DNA of 38,782 nt from assembly GCA_965369965.1 (NCBI GenBank), contig CBDUSH010000002.1, positions 1 to 38,782 of the forward strand, in the 5' to 3' direction. This document shows positions 34,498 to 38,782 of the stretch, piece after piece. Below the pieces are notes generated by a model that worked only from the letters and a program-made list of their open reading frames with translations, made no database searches and had not been told where the DNA came from. The DNA comes from an uncultured bacterium. Its GTDB lineage: Bacteria; Chloroflexota; Dehalococcoidia; Dehalococcoidales; RBG-16-60-22. The position numbers and the translations under genes are program-made. Numbering within the stretch: position 1 is the stretch's first letter; each line of letters opens with the position of its first letter.

Positions 34498-35055
34498 ATG
34501 TCAAAAAGTATTCTTATCAGCGGCGGCGCCCGCGCCGGTAAGAGCCACCTCGCCCAGGAATTAGCCCTGAAACGGGCTCATCCGGTACTCTTCGTGGCTA
34601 CCGCCGAAGCCAACGACCCGGACATGCGTGACCGAATCGAGAAACATAAACAGTCCCGGCCGGCGTCCTGGCGCACCCTGGAAGTGACTACCGGTATCGG
34701 CGACCGTATCATCGAAGAAATCGGCGACGCCGAAACAGTCATCGTGGATTGCGTCACCCTTCTGGTGAGTAACGTGCTGGGACGGCATTGCGACCGGGAC
34801 GGAGAGCCGACCGACGCCACTCTTTGCGAGACCGAGGTACTGTCCGAGATTGACGGGCTGATTAATTGTATCAACCAGGTGAAGGCGGATTTCATCATCG
34901 TCACCAACGAAGTGGGATTGGGGATAGTGCCTGCTTACCGCTCGGCCCGGGTGTACCGCGACCTGCTCGGCAAAGCCAACCAGAGACTCGCCCACCATGC
35001 CGATGAGGTCTACCTGATGGTATCCGGCCTGTCACTGCGGGTAAAACCAGGCTAA
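34498..35055 (+). CDS. cobU: Adenosylcobinamide kinase / adenosylcobinamide-phosphate guanylyltransferase
   Basis: 185 aa. P-loop ISGGARAGKS, HKQSRP and VTNEVGLGIVP motifs. Confidence 0.92.
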   Translation: MSKSILISGGARAGKSHLAQELALKRAHPVLFVATAEANDPDMRDRIEKHKQSRPASWRTLEVTTGIGDRIIEEIGDAETVIVDCVTLLVSNVLGRHCDRDGEPTDATLCETEVLSEIDGLINCINQVKADFIIVTNEVGLGIVPAYRSARVYRDLLGKANQRLAHHADEVYLMVSGLSLRVKPG

Positions 35056-35173
35056 CCTCATCCCAGACAAAAGGAACGGTAAATCCCCGTCATTCAGTTT
35101 TTCGGCGACCCTTCTTACCTTTTGCCCCCTCCGGCACTATGCTATACTTGGGGTAGTCAGTTTCGGAGAGTAA

Positions 35174-37267
<2,094 letters not shown>

Positions 37268-37268
37268 C

Positions 37269-37850
37269 ATGAAGTTAATCGTCGGACTGGGTAATCCGGG
37301 GCGAGTTTACGCCCACAATCGCCACAACATCGGCTTCATGTGCCTCAACCACTTCTCTAAAACCCTGGGCATCCGGCTGGATAAAAAACATGGCCGGTCC
37401 CGGACAGGCAGCGGACGGGCGGACGGGGTAAAACTGATAGTAGCGCGCCCACAGACTTATATGAACCTCAGCGGCGAAACGGTGAGCCAGTTGGTGAAGA
37501 AATTCCGAATCGAATTGGCCGACCTCACGGTGATACACGACGACCTCGACTTGCCAGTGGGTAAAATCCGCCTCCGCCAGGGCGGCGGCTCCGGTGGTCA
37601 CAACGGCATCGCCTCCATCATCGCCCGGCTGGGCAGCCCGGATTTCTGCCGTATTCGCATCGGTATCGGCCGGCCCCTATTTTTTGAAGAGTCAGCCGGA
37701 GATAAGGAATCGGCTATAATCAATTACGTGCTCAGCGATTTTGGAGCCGAAGAAAAGAAGATCATGGCCGAAGTTATTCCCATCGTCAGTCGGGTCATCT
37801 TCTGCCTCCTGACCGAAGGACTGGTTACAGCCATGAACGAGTATAACTAA
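37269..37850 (+). CDS. pth: Peptidyl-tRNA hydrolase
   Basis: 193 aa. Motifs: LIVGLGNPG, RHNIGF, HDDLDLPVGKIRLRQGGGSGGHNG. Confidence 0.95.
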   Translation: MKLIVGLGNPGRVYAHNRHNIGFMCLNHFSKTLGIRLDKKHGRSRTGSGRADGVKLIVARPQTYMNLSGETVSQLVKKFRIELADLTVIHDDLDLPVGKIRLRQGGGSGGHNGIASIIARLGSPDFCRIRIGIGRPLFFEESAGDKESAIINYVLSDFGAEEKKIMAEVIPIVSRVIFCLLTEGLVTAMNEYN

Positions 37851-37874
37851 CCGGGAGCGGGGATTTCCCGAACG

Positions 37875-38219
37875 ATGAGCGAATCCGAAAACAAACTGTT
37901 TATTATTAAGCTGACTCATACCGTAATATTCCTGTTCATGTCCGCCTGCGTCGTTTATATCCTTTATGCGGGTATTACCAGAACATACAACTGGCACCTG
38001 TTTGCCGCCATCAGCGCGGTATTTATTGAGGGTTTGGTGCTCATTATTTACCGGTGGCGGTGCCCCCTCACCGAGCTTGCCCGGAAATACGGTGATGCCC
38101 GAGGCTCGGTTACGGATATGTTTTATCCGAAATGGTTCGTACCTCATGTCTTTCGATTTTCTACGGTGATGTTCGTCATTGGCCTACTGATACTTGGCGC
38201 CAATTATCTGCTGAAATAA
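37875..38219 (+). CDS. Hypothetical small membrane protein (3 predicted TM, conserved-looking RCPLTEL)
   Basis: 114 aa with hydrophobic segments and the motif YRWRCPLTELARKYG. It may be DUF2784-like, but I cannot confirm that. Confidence 0.6.
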   Translation: MSESENKLFIIKLTHTVIFLFMSACVVYILYAGITRTYNWHLFAAISAVFIEGLVLIIYRWRCPLTELARKYGDARGSVTDMFYPKWFVPHVFRFSTVMFVIGLLILGANYLLK

Positions 38220-38274
38220 CGTCCCCGTCCAGCCTCCCCTCTTTGCCGAAAGCAAGGCTAAAGTGTTATAATTC

Positions 38275-38778
38275 ATGGTCAGGATGCAAGAAATGAATCG
38301 TAACCAATCTATGTTTATCGCCGTTATCGGCGGCGGAGACTCTTCGCCGTCCGAAAGCCTCCTTGCTGAGGAAGTAGGCCGCCAGCTGGCCAGGAACGGT
38401 GTCACGCTGGTCTGTGGCGGGCTGGGAGGTGTCATGGAAGCCTCCTGCCGGGGAGCCAGCGAGGAAGGCGGGACGACGGTTGGTATCCTTCCGGGAGACA
38501 GTCGCCTGGCGGCCAACCCGTACGTGCAGATTCCCATCGTCACCGGAGTGGGCCATGCCCGAAATGTCATCGTGGTAAAATCATCCCAGGCGGTAATCGC
38601 CGTCGGCGGAAGCTACGGGACTCTCTCGGAGATAAGTCATGCCCTGCAGAACGGCATCCCGGTGATTGGCCTGAATACCTGGTCGTTAGCCCGCAATGGT
38701 CAACCGGACAATTCCATTATCCCGGCGCAGGACGCCGCCGATGCGGTGCGGAAAGCATTAGCCGCAATAGTAAACTAA
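38275..38778 (+). CDS. TIGR00725 / LOG (lysine-decarboxylase-like, SLOG) family protein
   Basis: 167 aa. Motifs: IAVIGGG, LVCGGLGGVMEA, GILPG, AVIAVGGSYGTLSEI. The start is ambiguous, with several in-frame ATGs between 38275 and 38311. Confidence 0.8.
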   Translation: MVRMQEMNRNQSMFIAVIGGGDSSPSESLLAEEVGRQLARNGVTLVCGGLGGVMEASCRGASEEGGTTVGILPGDSRLAANPYVQIPIVTGVGHARNVIVVKSSQAVIAVGGSYGTLSEISHALQNGIPVIGLNTWSLARNGQPDNSIIPAQDAADAVRKALAAIVN

Positions 38779-38782
38779 CCGC

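Noticed and set aside
12607-35055. The idea that cobA-hemD plus the cob operon represent a de novo B12 pathway
   Set aside because: No cbi/cob ring-modification, chelatase or amidation genes are in the window. cobA-hemD is embedded in the siroheme/heme operon, so the evidence supports only siroheme/heme synthesis plus cobamide salvage.

Overview
This is a densely coding bacterial chromosome segment. Bacterial origin is supported by an NAD-dependent LigA, a Pth1-type hydrolase and a lipobox lipoprotein. It is moderately GC-rich by eye and probably comes from an anaerobe; a Chloroflexota/Dehalococcoidia-like lineage is only a guess. I saw no rRNA, tRNA, CRISPR array, transposase or integrase. 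All calls rest on motif recognition by eye, gene order and start/stop geometry, because no database search was possible.

Contents in order:
1. A minus-strand sulfur-assimilation operon led by an Rrf2 regulator (1-5560). It encodes a ThiF/MoeB-type E1, CysK, a small siroheme sulfite reductase with a ferredoxin insert, an APS/PAPS reductase, and a second cysteine synthase fused to a TusA-like domain. That last gene is missing from the ORF track because it runs off the left edge.
2. A divergent, tightly coupled plus-strand operon of 10 genes (5830-16411). It encodes a MerR-type regulator, two NirJ-like radical SAM enzymes and a fused AhbA/B decarboxylase (the siroheme-dependent alternative heme pathway), then sirC-hemA-hemC-cobA/hemD-hemB-hemL.
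3. An AspC-like aminotransferase.
4. An orphan, divergent tubulin/FtsZ-superfamily GTPase (17941-19116).
5. A roughly 250-nt highly structured RNA of unknown class with its own promoter and intrinsic terminator (19378-19667), upstream of a cyclase/rpe gene pair.
6. A pentose-phosphate operon (tkt-rpiB-pgi-gnd) preceded by a small Cys-rich ORF.
7. A class-III aminotransferase.
8. A ResA/TlpA-CcdA pair for cytochrome c maturation.
9. A Cas4/AddB-like PD-(D/E)XK nuclease whose conserved N-terminus lies upstream of any canonical start codon.
10. An operon controlled by a cobalamin riboswitch: a 67-aa membrane protein, cobT, cobS, cobC, a DUF71 PP-loop ATPase and cobU.
11. ligA, pth, a small membrane protein and a TIGR00725/LOG-like protein.

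The best candidates for undescribed biology are the E1 plus CysM-TusA sulfur module, the DUF71 enzyme and micro-membrane protein inside the cobamide nucleotide-loop operon, the unknown structured RNA, and the orphan tubulin homolog.
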